Source: Clostridia bacterium
Lineage (GTDB): Bacteria > Bacillota > Clostridia > Christensenellales > UBA1242
Length of the DNA: 64,000 nucleotides
Assembly: GCA_900767715.1 (NCBI GenBank)
Contig: CAAGAD010000005.1
Span: 793,673 to 857,672 of the forward strand
Direction: 5' to 3'
Shown: piece by piece, positions 26,768 to 36,040 of the stretch
Position numbering within the stretch: position 1 is the first letter of the stretch
How the letters are laid out: every line of letters begins with the position of its first letter
Notes under the pieces: generated by a model
What the model was told of the DNA's origin: nothing
The model's database searches: none
Seen by the model: only the letters and a program-made list of their open reading frames with translations
Program-made: the position numbers and the translations under genes

Positions 26768-27340
26768 ATGAAAACAAAGAATATTCTTGGCAAAGTGTTC
26801 ACATTAGTTGCTTTTGTTTTCGTGTGCATAATTGCTATTAGTTCGACGAGTGCCTGGCTAACAACCAATCCAAACAAAACCACATTTGTCATCACTTATG
26901 GTGAAGTAAACTTCCAGTTGGTAGGTAATAGCACGGTGGCGGGTTATTCCACCTCCGCGAGCGACATTATCGCTGACTCAAAGACGCCTAGCAATGACAA
27001 AGGCTTTATGTTGCCAACTAGCATTAACAGGAATGGTACATACAATCAAAGATTCGCAATCAAAAATGTGGAAAGTTCAACAATCTACGTTCGCGTAAGA
27101 TTTACCACATATTTGAACGACTCAACGACGGCAGCCGTTTTCGCTCAGTCGTTGACTCCAAATACAAGTTGGACATACAATTCATCTAGCAACTATTATT
27201 CAGCAACAATCTCAGCAAGTACGACCACCAACATTTGTACTCAAATGAAAGTTGGCTCGATTGCAAATAGCACTTTTGTAAGACTGAAAATCGAGATAGA
27301 AGCAGCCTCTGCAGCCAATAAGTTTACTAGTTTAGTTTAA
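26768..27340 (+). CDS. TasA/camelysin-like small secreted protein (second putative fibre subunit)
   Basis: AAGGAG RBS, 16-nt gap. Signal ...CIIAISSTSA|WLTTNPNKTTFVITYGEVNFQL. 190 aa. Confidence 0.65.
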   Translation: MKTKNILGKVFTLVAFVFVCIIAISSTSAWLTTNPNKTTFVITYGEVNFQLVGNSTVAGYSTSASDIIADSKTPSNDKGFMLPTSINRNGTYNQRFAIKNVESSTIYVRVRFTTYLNDSTTAAVFAQSLTPNTSWTYNSSSNYYSATISASTTTNICTQMKVGSIANSTFVRLKIEIEAASAANKFTSLV

Positions 27341-27372
27341 AAAAAATATATGGAATTAACCATATATTTTTT
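27339..27372. terminator. bidirectional terminator between the fibre operon and dut
   Basis: A-run, ATATATGG-AATTAA-CCATATAT, T-run. Confidence 0.7.
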
Positions 27373-27820
27373 ATTTACCGGTGCTACCGAAACCACCCTT
27401 TCGTGTACCTGTGGCGTTGTCGTCATCGGCGATAAGATATTTCATAAAAATGCCTTGACCAATTTTCTCGTTTTGTTCAATAGTGATAGGTTGGTCGGTG
27501 TTGTTTTTTAGCAAAAAACCTAGATTGCCGTCATTGGTTGGATTGCCATAATAATCCGCGTCAATTATGCCTACGCCGTTAGCCAAACTCATTCCGCGCT
27601 TGCCAAAACTACTGCGATTGCATAGCATCAAAAACTCGTCATCTTCGCACACAAATTTCATATTTGTGAAAACGCATTCGTGTGAGTGTGGAGCAATGGT
27701 AATTTGCACTGGACTAAAAAAGTCATAGCCGGCAGCCTTGCTCGTGGAACGCACGGGCATTGGCACGTTATTGTTGTTGTATTTCACTGCCCAGTCGGCA
27801 ACGCGTTCAAATCTTCTCAT
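27371..27820 (-). CDS. dut: dUTP diphosphatase
   Basis: AAGYDF, GIIDADY and C-terminal RKGGFGSTG motifs. Start chosen at the ATG 6 nt after AGGAG (27820); the track ORF extends to 27871. Confidence 0.85.
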   Translation of the reverse strand: MRRFERVADWAVKYNNNNVPMPVRSTSKAAGYDFFSPVQITIAPHSHECVFTNMKFVCEDDEFLMLCNRSSFGKRGMSLANGVGIIDADYYGNPTNDGNLGFLLKNNTDQPITIEQNEKIGQGIFMKYLIADDDNATGTRKGGFGSTGK

Positions 27821-27959
27821 ATTCATCTCCTGTATGTTTAGATTATAGCACAAATTAATGCCAACGTTCAAACAATTTGTGAATATAGGTGTTAATCGTT
27901 TGATTAAACTTTTGTTTTTGTTGTAAAATTAGATTGAATAATAGTCAAAAAATTCCATA

Positions 27960-27988
27960 TTGACAGCGTAAAAATTTTATTATATAAT
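27960..27988 (+). promoter_or_regulatory. sigma-A-type promoter of the 28013 gene
   Basis: TTGACA (27960-27965), 17 nt, TATAAT (27983-27988). Confidence 0.6.
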
Positions 27989-28012
27989 AAAATTGAAAAG
28001 AAGGAGACATCT

Positions 28013-30832
28013 ATGGCTACGAGTAAAGAAAATGTGCAGAAGATTTTATCTGGCGAATTAAGTTTCAATTCGGTCAAATCTCCCGAAGAGTTGAAACTCT
28101 TATACAACGCTGGCTTGACATCGAAAGATTTGCGTAAATTGGTGATTGACGGCAAAATTGACGTGCAAAGTTTAAGCGCGAAGATGCTTTACGAATTGGT
28201 GATGCGCGATGTGCTCCGCGTACGCAATGCCGAATACACAGACAACACCGTGCCGAGAGCCGTTTCAGCCGAATGGAACAATGATTTTGAAGATGAAACC
28301 AACGAAGGCAGTGTCGAAGTTGTAAACGGTGTGCCAGTTGTGTATTTAGGCAGAATTAAGAATTATGGTTTGACTGACACTCAAAAGACCAAATTTGAAA
28401 AGGCCAACAGCAGAATGCCAAAGGTTGACCCGGCAGACATTGAAACAACCAAACCAATCGGTGAAGTAGTTGAAGATAGTGAAAGGCATACCGGTGGAGC
28501 AGTTGAACCACAAATTACTAAACTGCCTGACCCAACTGACGACGATGAGCCGGAAAACGAAAATGAAGAATCGGTAAAAAAATCTGCACCAAAGAAACCA
28601 GAGCCACCAACACCACGAGACTTCGCTATTCCAGATGGTGATGATGTTGACGAAGACGAGGACGAATTGAATGACCCAAGCATTGCTGGTGAGTCGGTCG
28701 AAATGGGTGAAACACCAGAAGAAGAAGTCGAGGATGTCCAACGTGAGTTTTACGGACTCCCTGAAAAAATTAGGAAACATAAATATGCATTTGAGCGTGA
28801 AGACCACGTCCGCGTGCCAATCTCACTCGCTCCAACACATATCAACCTAAAATACGTTCAAAATTTTGACATCGCAACACTTGAAGCGTCGTACCAACTT
28901 TTCCTAGGTGACGCCTATGGTTCTAGCCAAGCGAAAAAATGCATTGACGACTTAAAAGGCGCGTGCAAAGACTCCAAGAGCTTGAAAGTGAACAAAATCA
29001 AGGATTCGCCAGCAAAGTTCAAGACGGCAATGGAGCGTTTAAGTTGCCTATTCACCTATGACATTGATTTGAAGAAAATCAATTACAGCGTGCTCGACAA
29101 ATGGGCTCAAAAGAAATACGAAAGCGACCCTGAAAAATATAAAAAATTCTTGAAAACGATTGTTCTGCTCAACGACCCTAACAACAAGGAAATTACAGAA
29201 GCCAATCGCGACGAGATTAAGCAAGCCAAAATAAACCTTGCCAACTACATCGGCGAATACGAAGCCGATTTGCACAAAAATGATTTGGCTTATCAAAAGA
29301 AAATTAAAAGCATTCTTGATATCACAGCCGTAACCGGCGCTAGCATTGTGGGCGGTTTGGCAATGAGATATCTAATGGCGATACCTAACCATTTGGGTGA
29401 CCCTTGGGGACTGTTGATGCTCTGTTTGAGTGTGAACGGCGTACCAGTGGTCGGTATTATGGCAGGTCTTGCCTTGGCAAGTGGCGCAGTGCTAGTAATT
29501 GCGAAAATCATTAAAGCCCGTATTGACAATGTCAAGAAGTACAACAAGCAAACCAAGGCTTTGAAGAAGACTGCACAAGACCTTGCCGGTCATAAACAAG
29601 GTTTGTCCGCAATTAGAAAAAAATATGCTTTAATTTCACCAGATATGTCTGCTGACGAAGTCGCTGGCATTATGGCTGATAGCGAACCAAAGACCAAAGA
29701 AGAAAAAGCCCAAGCCAAGAAAGACAAAGAAATTCTTGACGTGGAAGACGCATTGCAACTTATTGCAGACGGTGATTTGAGCAAAAGATTGTCAAAGAAA
29801 AAATCTTTGGCTGGCAAACGTAATCTAACCAAGAGAGTGGAACAACAAGTCAAAGACGACATCATCTATGCGTTGACTCACGAAACACCTGAAACGAAAG
29901 CCATTTTAGACAATAGCGGACTGCAAGGTTTGTATGTGGCAAGACTGGCAGTTGCACTAGAACAAGCAAAGAAAGGTCAATTTGAAAGTTTGCGTGACAA
30001 ACAACTCGCTTACGATTTGGCACAACTGCGAAAGGCAAATTCAAAGAAGCCGATTGTCGCTGTGGAAGTAGTTAGTCCAGAGGGCAAAAAGATTGTGGAA
30101 ACCACCAAACTGGGAATGGACCGCAAACTTACGCCAGAAGAGTATGAGTCAATTCGTCAAGCCGCTCTTGAAGGCAATATCAGTGAAACCAACTTGCGCC
30201 TAGTATGTGAAGCGCAAAGAAAACTCGACGAAGAGTTTGTCATAAAAGCCTTGCAACAATCGCGTAAAGAACAAAAGAAAATTGCAACAGCCGATATGAA
30301 GGCAGAGTTGAAGGCGTTGGAGAAAAAGCAATTAACAGACGAGGACGGAAAGGTTTACACCAAGAAAGAAATTGCGAAATCTACCAAAGAAACTAAAAAA
30401 GCGTTGAAGAAAGCGGGCGACAAAGACGCGCTTGAATTAATGGAAAAAACGGCGAAAGAAAAGCAAGACCAATATCTTGCCGCTCGTCAAGCAATCATTG
30501 ACCACGCACAAGAAAATGCCGAAGCAGTCGGTCACAGCACAATCATCAAGAAACTACTCGACAACGGGGCAGAAAAAAGAGAAGCCGAAGAAACCGCTAA
30601 ATTCAAAGCAAAAAAGAAAGCCGAGCAAATTGAAATCAACAAAGAAACTTGGCATCAAATGGGACACGAGATTGCGACCGGTCTGAAAAAATTGGGCAAA
30701 TCTATTGGCAAGCCATTCCGCGCAATGTTTCCACCAAAAGATGCACAAACGGGAACAACGCTTGGTGGCAGTCCAACCAGCGCGAAAAACGCCACAAAGA
30801 CAACAAAAACAAAAGGCGGAATCTCTAGATAA
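28013..30832 (+). CDS. 939-aa highly charged protein with a central TM hairpin; function unknown
   Basis: AAGGAG RBS and consensus promoter. No signal peptide. Acidic D/E/P tract around aa 170-240, hydrophobic segments around aa 440-500, K/E-rich predicted coiled coil over the C-terminal 430 aa. Confidence 0.85.
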   Translation: MATSKENVQKILSGELSFNSVKSPEELKLLYNAGLTSKDLRKLVIDGKIDVQSLSAKMLYELVMRDVLRVRNAEYTDNTVPRAVSAEWNNDFEDETNEGSVEVVNGVPVVYLGRIKNYGLTDTQKTKFEKANSRMPKVDPADIETTKPIGEVVEDSERHTGGAVEPQITKLPDPTDDDEPENENEESVKKSAPKKPEPPTPRDFAIPDGDDVDEDEDELNDPSIAGESVEMGETPEEEVEDVQREFYGLPEKIRKHKYAFEREDHVRVPISLAPTHINLKYVQNFDIATLEASYQLFLGDAYGSSQAKKCIDDLKGACKDSKSLKVNKIKDSPAKFKTAMERLSCLFTYDIDLKKINYSVLDKWAQKKYESDPEKYKKFLKTIVLLNDPNNKEITEANRDEIKQAKINLANYIGEYEADLHKNDLAYQKKIKSILDITAVTGASIVGGLAMRYLMAIPNHLGDPWGLLMLCLSVNGVPVVGIMAGLALASGAVLVIAKIIKARIDNVKKYNKQTKALKKTAQDLAGHKQGLSAIRKKYALISPDMSADEVAGIMADSEPKTKEEKAQAKKDKEILDVEDALQLIADGDLSKRLSKKKSLAGKRNLTKRVEQQVKDDIIYALTHETPETKAILDNSGLQGLYVARLAVALEQAKKGQFESLRDKQLAYDLAQLRKANSKKPIVAVEVVSPEGKKIVETTKLGMDRKLTPEEYESIRQAALEGNISETNLRLVCEAQRKLDEEFVIKALQQSRKEQKKIATADMKAELKALEKKQLTDEDGKVYTKKEIAKSTKETKKALKKAGDKDALELMEKTAKEKQDQYLAARQAIIDHAQENAEAVGHSTIIKKLLDNGAEKREAEETAKFKAKKKAEQIEINKETWHQMGHEIATGLKKLGKSIGKPFRAMFPPKDAQTGTTLGGSPTSAKNATKTTKTKGGISR

Positions 30833-30851
30833 TTTCTTAAATTAAAATAAA

Positions 30852-30880
30852 AATACGGAGAAGTGTTTTCCGTATTTTTT
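30852..30880 (+). terminator. rho-independent terminator
   Basis: AATACGGA-N9-TCCGTATT followed by TTTT. A second palindrome at 30884-30916 (GACCTTGTAAA/TTTACAAAGTC) is flanked by A- and T-runs. Confidence 0.7.
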
Positions 30881-30884
30881 AATA

Positions 30885-31066
30885 AAAAAGACCTTGTAAA
30901 TTTACAAAGTCTTTTTATATTAATTTATTTATTATTAAATAATTAAATATTTAATGTTTTTTAATAAATTTATTTAAATAAAATATATTTTTTAATTAAT
31001 TATAATTTTTCGTCATTTATTTAATTATTTAATTTTTAATAATTGCAGATAATTAAAATTAATTAA
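30885..31066. other. ultra-AT-rich island II (about 6% G+C over 30901-31080 by hand count)
   Basis: I counted 11 G/C in 180 nt. Lies between the convergent 28013 gene and hisS. Confidence 0.8.
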
Positions 31067-32314
31067 TTATTTTTCAAAAATTACGATTTCTTTTTTGTTA
31101 ATGTCAACGAAACCAACATAACCATTTTGCATCAGTCTATCAAGTTGAGCGCGGACATTTTTTTGCTTTAAGAATATTGCAACGTCATACTCTTTTTGCA
31201 ATTCAGTCTTGTATTCGAAAACGTCCTTGCTGGTATTGTCAAGTGAGTACAACAGAGCCAATTTCTTTTCAGCAGAGACAAGCAGATTGTGTTCAGTCAC
31301 GAGCATAATTGTTGGTTCGAGCCCGAGTCCAAAGCCAACCATTGGCACAGGTTCGCCGATGAATTTTTGGCTCATATTATCATATCTGCCACCGCCACCG
31401 ATTGCACTGTTAAAGCCATACGCTGTGGCGTAGAACTCAAACACTGTGCCGGTGTAATAGCCTTGTCCGCGTACGATTGTGATATCGAAACGTGCGGTCA
31501 TTGTGTCGGGGGCAATTTGATTGATTGTATCCACAATTAATTGTGTGTTGTGGATTAGTTCAGCGTCGATTTTGCCATTCAATGCAATAACGCCGTCAGT
31601 TTTTGTGGCAATGATTATGTCGAGCAGTTTTTCCACTTTTGTGATGTTATAACCTTTTTCAATTAGTTCGTTTGTGACGCCCTCGCGTGCAATTTTATCA
31701 AACTTGTCAAGGCTGATTGCGATATCTACTTGGTCACTTTTTTCAAAACCAACATAGTCGATAATTGCGTTCAAGATTCTGCGGTCACTGATACGCGCTT
31801 CCACATTTCTTAGACCTACATTGTAATAGGCTTGCAAAGCGGTCGAAATGATGTCGATGTCAGCATTGACACTGCCGTCGCCGATGATGTCCGCGTCGCA
31901 TTGTGTGAATTGACGCAAGCGACCTTTTTGTGGACGTTCAGCACGGAATGATTCGTCGATTTGAATTGATTTAAAAGGGAAAGTTAATTTCTCGCGGTTG
32001 TTGCACCAAAAGCGCACGAGTGGAACGGTTTGGTCGTATTTCAAGCCTTCCGCTGTGATGTCTTTTTCGGTGAGATTCGTGCGAGTTAGGTCAAGTTCAG
32101 CACCACGCTTGATTGTCTTGAACATTAGTTTGGTGTTTTCCCCCTCATCGCCGTTGGTAAGCCATTCAAGGCTTTCCAAAATTGGCGTTTTGATAAGGTT
32201 GAAGCCGCTGTTCGCATATGTGCGTTTGATGATGGAAATCACTTTATCGCGCACACACATTTCGTTAGGCAAGTATTCTTTGCAACCCCTAACTGGATTT
32301 GTGCTGATTTTCAT
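31067..32314 (-). CDS. hisS: histidine--tRNA ligase
   Basis: Class-II motifs: N-terminal RG.KEYLP pattern, FRAERPQKGRLRQFTQCD, GGGGRYDNM. C-terminal anticodon-binding-like domain. 415 aa. GGAGGA RBS lies in the 8-nt gap after glyQS. Confidence 0.85.
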   Translation of the reverse strand: MKISTNPVRGCKEYLPNEMCVRDKVISIIKRTYANSGFNLIKTPILESLEWLTNGDEGENTKLMFKTIKRGAELDLTRTNLTEKDITAEGLKYDQTVPLVRFWCNNREKLTFPFKSIQIDESFRAERPQKGRLRQFTQCDADIIGDGSVNADIDIISTALQAYYNVGLRNVEARISDRRILNAIIDYVGFEKSDQVDIAISLDKFDKIAREGVTNELIEKGYNITKVEKLLDIIIATKTDGVIALNGKIDAELIHNTQLIVDTINQIAPDTMTARFDITIVRGQGYYTGTVFEFYATAYGFNSAIGGGGRYDNMSQKFIGEPVPMVGFGLGLEPTIMLVTEHNLLVSAEKKLALLYSLDNTSKDVFEYKTELQKEYDVAIFLKQKNVRAQLDRLMQNGYVGFVDINKKEIVIFEK

Positions 32315-32322
32315 AAATCCTC

Positions 32323-33711
32323 CTACATTTTAATTTCTAGTGTTTTGTCAATATAATTCTCTAGTTCGTCGATTGGCAAGCGCACTTGTTCCATCGAGTC
32401 ACGTTCACGAATAGTTACAGTATTGTCTTCCAAAGTTTGAAAATCAATCGTTACGCAATATGGAGTGCCCACTTCGTCTTGACGACGATAGCGTTTACCG
32501 ATTGAGCCGGTTTCGTCATAGGAAACATTGTATTTTTTGCTTAAACGAGCATAAAGTGCTTTGGCTTGCTCGCCAAGATTTTTTTGCAAAGGTAAGACGG
32601 CAACAGTGTATGGTGCGAGTGCTGGGTGCAAATGTAAAACGGTGCGGACGTCACCGCCTTCAAGAGTCTGTTCATCATAGGCGTCGAGTAGGGTAACGAG
32701 CAAAAGTCTGTTCAAGCCGACACTTGGTTCAATGACGTAAGGAATGTATTTTTCGTTGGTCACTGGGTCGGTGTATTCCATATTTTCGCCACTGCCGTTT
32801 TGGTGCGCGGTCAAGTCGTAATTTGTGCGGTCTGCAATGCCCCACAACTCGCCCCAACCGAATGGGAATTTGTATTCAATGTCTGTCGTTGCATTGCTGT
32901 AATGGCAGAGTTCTTCTTTTTCGTGTTTTCTTAGGCGCAAATGCTCTTCATTAATGCCTAACGCTTTTAGGAAACTAACCATATAGTTTTCCCAATACTC
33001 GAACCATTCAAGGTCGGTTCCAGGTTTGCAGAAGAATTCGAGTTCCATTTGTTCAAATTCGCGTGTGCGGAAGATGAAGTTTCCTGGGGTGATTTCGTTA
33101 CGGAAAGATTTGCCCACTTGCGCAATGCCGAAAGGCACGCGCAAACGCAAACTGCGTTGCACATTCTTAAAGTTGACGAATATGCCTTGTGCTGTTTCTG
33201 GGCGCAAATAGAGTTGGCTGGTGCTATCCTCGGTTACGCCTTGGAAAGTTTTGAACATAATGTTGAAGTTGCGAATGTTGGTCCAATCGTGTTTACCACA
33301 AGTTGGGCAGTTGATTGGGTGTTCGGCAATGAACTTTTCTAGTTCTTCGTTGCTCTTGCCGGCTGGGTTGAAGTCCACCTTATGCTTTGCTACATAGTTC
33401 TCGATTAGGTGATCGGCACGCTCACGAGTTTTGCACGCACGGCAGTCCATAAGTGGATCGGTCGCCTTGTTCACGTGACCGCTGACTTGCCAAACCTTTG
33501 GGTTCATCAAAATTGCGCTGTCCATTTCCACATTGTATGGATTTTCGCGCACAAATTTTGCCATATAGGCGTTTTTAATATTATTCTTTAATGCAATTCC
33601 CAGTGGACCATAATCCCACGCGTTCGCAAGTCCGCCATAGATTTCACTGCCTTGAAAAACGAATCCACGATTCTTGCATAAATTGACGATTTTATCTAAA
33701 CTTTTTTCCAT
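32323..33711 (-). CDS. glyQS: glycine--tRNA ligase (dimeric GlyQS type)
   Basis: 462 aa. [26 protein letters not shown]-terminus and [12 protein letters not shown] motif. Glycine T-box upstream. Confidence 0.95.
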   Translation of the reverse strand: MEKSLDKIVNLCKNRGFVFQGSEIYGGLANAWDYGPLGIALKNNIKNAYMAKFVRENPYNVEMDSAILMNPKVWQVSGHVNKATDPLMDCRACKTRERADHLIENYVAKHKVDFNPAGKSNEELEKFIAEHPINCPTCGKHDWTNIRNFNIMFKTFQGVTEDSTSQLYLRPETAQGIFVNFKNVQRSLRLRVPFGIAQVGKSFRNEITPGNFIFRTREFEQMELEFFCKPGTDLEWFEYWENYMVSFLKALGINEEHLRLRKHEKEELCHYSNATTDIEYKFPFGWGELWGIADRTNYDLTAHQNGSGENMEYTDPVTNEKYIPYVIEPSVGLNRLLLVTLLDAYDEQTLEGGDVRTVLHLHPALAPYTVAVLPLQKNLGEQAKALYARLSKKYNVSYDETGSIGKRYRRQDEVGTPYCVTIDFQTLEDNTVTIRERDSMEQVRLPIDELENYIDKTLEIKM

Positions 33712-33754
33712 AATTTAACCTCCTTATTTAGAATTAACCATCATTCAGTCTGCT

Positions 33755-33915
33755 GGAAATAAAAAATCCCCACGCAAACTTATTGCATAGGGACGATAAA
33801 TACTTACCGCGGTTCCACCCTAATTGGTATAAACCCTCTTTTTTCTTCGTATCGTCAAGAGAAACGAGTGCCATTTTCGCACTTCCAAGCAAATCGCCAC
33901 TTTGCTTATTGGATT
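33755..33915 (-). promoter_or_regulatory. T-box riboswitch leader (glycine specifier GGC) with intrinsic terminator
   Basis: The minus strand contains AATTAGGGTGGAACCGCGG (RC of 33807-33825), matching the T-box consensus. It is followed by CCCTATGC-N9-GCGTGGGG plus a U-run. GGC codons occur at two candidate specifier positions. Confidence 0.8.
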
Positions 33916-33921
33916 ACATTA

Positions 33922-33950
33922 ATTATATGATTATGAAAGCAAAAAGTCAA
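33922..33950 (-). promoter_or_regulatory. sigma-A-type promoter of the glyQS-hisS leader
   Basis: Minus strand reads TTGACT (RC of 33945-33950), 17 nt, TATAAT (RC of 33922-33927). Confidence 0.65.
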
Positions 33951-33962
33951 TAGATTTAAAAT

Positions 33963-35792
33963 TTATTTTTCCACATTGTCGGGGCTGTTGAAACTATCGT
34001 AAACGTTTTTCGCCACCGTTTTGCTAATACCTTTTGTGCTTTCAAGGTCTGTTAGAGACGCTTGCTTGATGTTTTGCAAGGTCTTGTATTTGTCCAAAAG
34101 AATGCGTCTTGTGGTAGGGCCGACGCCCTTGATTCCCACAAGCCCGCCTTTGTACTCGCTCTTGTCGCGGAGCAAGCGGTTAAAGGTTATGGCGGTGCGG
34201 TGCGCCTCGTCACGCGCCAGTTGTAATACTCGCAAAGCGTAACTGCCGTGTGGCAATAGAATAGAGCGTTCGCTCTTTGGGGTGAACACTTCTTCTAGTC
34301 GTTTGGCAAGTGAAATGATTTCACCATCATATCCAAATTCCTTTTTCACTTCTAGGGCGGCGGAGAGTTGACCTTTACCACCATCGATTACGATTAGGTC
34401 AGGTTTCGAACTGAAACTGATGTCCTCGCTGTCAAACTCGCTAAATCTGCGCCTCAAGGTTTCGCGCATACTTTCAAAGTCGTCAATGAAATCTACCGAA
34501 TTGATTTTGAATTTGCGGTAATGCTTCGGCGCTTTTTTGCCACCGATTAACACACTCATACTGCTCACCGTGCTTGTGCCAAAGGTGTTGGAAATATCGT
34601 AACACTCGATTCGGTTTGGCACTCGGTCAAGGTTTAGTTCACGTTTGAGAATCTCGAGCGCGCCGGTGGACTGGTCGTATTCTTTCTTTTCAATCGATAT
34701 ATTTTTTTCCAAATGCAGTTTAGAATTTTCCACACACATATTTAAGAGCGTTTTTTTCACGCCTTTTTGCGCAAATTCGTATTTAAAATGCTTATTATAT
34801 TTTTTTTGCACCATTTCGCATAAAATTGTATCATCAATTTCGCACGAAAGTATAACCGCGTCACAAGTGTATGCGTTAATTTGATAGTATTGTGACAAAA
34901 ATTCGGCTAAAAATTCGCCCTTTGTGAGAGAATAGTCTTTCACAGTGAAACTGTTGACACCAATCATTCGCCCACCGCGCACCACCATAACGCAAAGAGC
35001 GGTTTGTTCGCCGTTGGAATAAATGTCGAAAATATCGTAATTGACAATGGTCGGTAATTGGGTGACAACTTTTTCTTTTAAGCGAGAAAGCATTTTCAGT
35101 GAGTCGCGAAGTTTGATTGCTGTTTCATAGTTTTCGCTCTCGCTGGCGATTGCCATTTTCTCACGCAAAATGTTTTCAATCTTTTCAGTGTCGCCGTGCA
35201 AAAACTTGACCGCGTCGTTCACAATCTGGTTGTAGTCGTCCTTGCTTATTTTTTTGGCGCAAGGAGCGGAGCATAGGTGCATATCGTAGAAAATGCAAGG
35301 GCGAATCGGTTTGCTTGTAGGCGTGATGTGTAGGTTGCATTTGACGAGCGGGTAGGCGTAGTTGATAGTTTCCAAAATATCTTTGGCGGAAATGCCTGCA
35401 AAGTATGGGCCAAAGAAGATGTCCTTATTGTTCATCTTGCGCGTTAGGTCAAATTTTGGAAAGGGTGCGCGCTTGTTGAGTCGAATGTATTGGAAATTTT
35501 TGTTGTCTTTTAAAAGAATGTTATAGAATGGCTGATATTTTTTTATGAGAGTGTTTTCGAGCGCAAGTGCGTCATATTCGCTATTAACCACGAAAAAGTC
35601 AAAGTCACAAATGTGGTCAACCATATGTTGAACCTTGGGCAACTTTTCCGTGTTGAAGAAATATTGACTTACACGATTTTTCAGTTTCTTTGCCTTGCCT
35701 ACATAAATGACAGTGCCTTGGTTGTCTTTCATAATATAGACACCGGGTTTTAATGGCAAGGTTTTAATTTTTTGCTCGATAGTGGAATTCAT
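33963..35792 (-). CDS. uvrC: excinuclease ABC subunit C
   Basis: GIY-YIG N-terminus (PGVYIMKD...VIYVGKAKKLKNRVSQYF), UVR domain, C-terminal (HhH)2. 609 aa. Confidence 0.95.
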   Translation of the reverse strand: MNSTIEQKIKTLPLKPGVYIMKDNQGTVIYVGKAKKLKNRVSQYFFNTEKLPKVQHMVDHICDFDFFVVNSEYDALALENTLIKKYQPFYNILLKDNKNFQYIRLNKRAPFPKFDLTRKMNNKDIFFGPYFAGISAKDILETINYAYPLVKCNLHITPTSKPIRPCIFYDMHLCSAPCAKKISKDDYNQIVNDAVKFLHGDTEKIENILREKMAIASESENYETAIKLRDSLKMLSRLKEKVVTQLPTIVNYDIFDIYSNGEQTALCVMVVRGGRMIGVNSFTVKDYSLTKGEFLAEFLSQYYQINAYTCDAVILSCEIDDTILCEMVQKKYNKHFKYEFAQKGVKKTLLNMCVENSKLHLEKNISIEKKEYDQSTGALEILKRELNLDRVPNRIECYDISNTFGTSTVSSMSVLIGGKKAPKHYRKFKINSVDFIDDFESMRETLRRRFSEFDSEDISFSSKPDLIVIDGGKGQLSAALEVKKEFGYDGEIISLAKRLEEVFTPKSERSILLPHGSYALRVLQLARDEAHRTAITFNRLLRDKSEYKGGLVGIKGVGPTTRRILLDKYKTLQNIKQASLTDLESTKGISKTVAKNVYDSFNSPDNVEK

Positions 35793-36040
35793 AATTAAAT
35801 TATATCATAAAATAAATATTTGTAAAATTAAAAATAAAATATTAAAAAAATAATTAATATTTAAAATGTACTAAAATAATTAATAGATTAATAAAATATT
35901 GTATGAAAATATTAAAAATTATTAAAAAATCGTTATTTTCTGCAATTTTACTAATTTTTTTGCTAATTTCTCCATTTTTTATTTTTAAAAATTTAAATTA
36001 TTATCTTGATGTAAAAGCGGAAAATAAAAAGATAAATATG
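35793..36040. other. ultra-AT-rich island III (5-13% G+C per 60-nt block by hand count), includes the first ~46 codons of ORF 35903
   Basis: Hand counts of 3, 6 and 8 G/C in three successive 60-nt blocks. Composition returns to normal near 36040. Confidence 0.8.
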
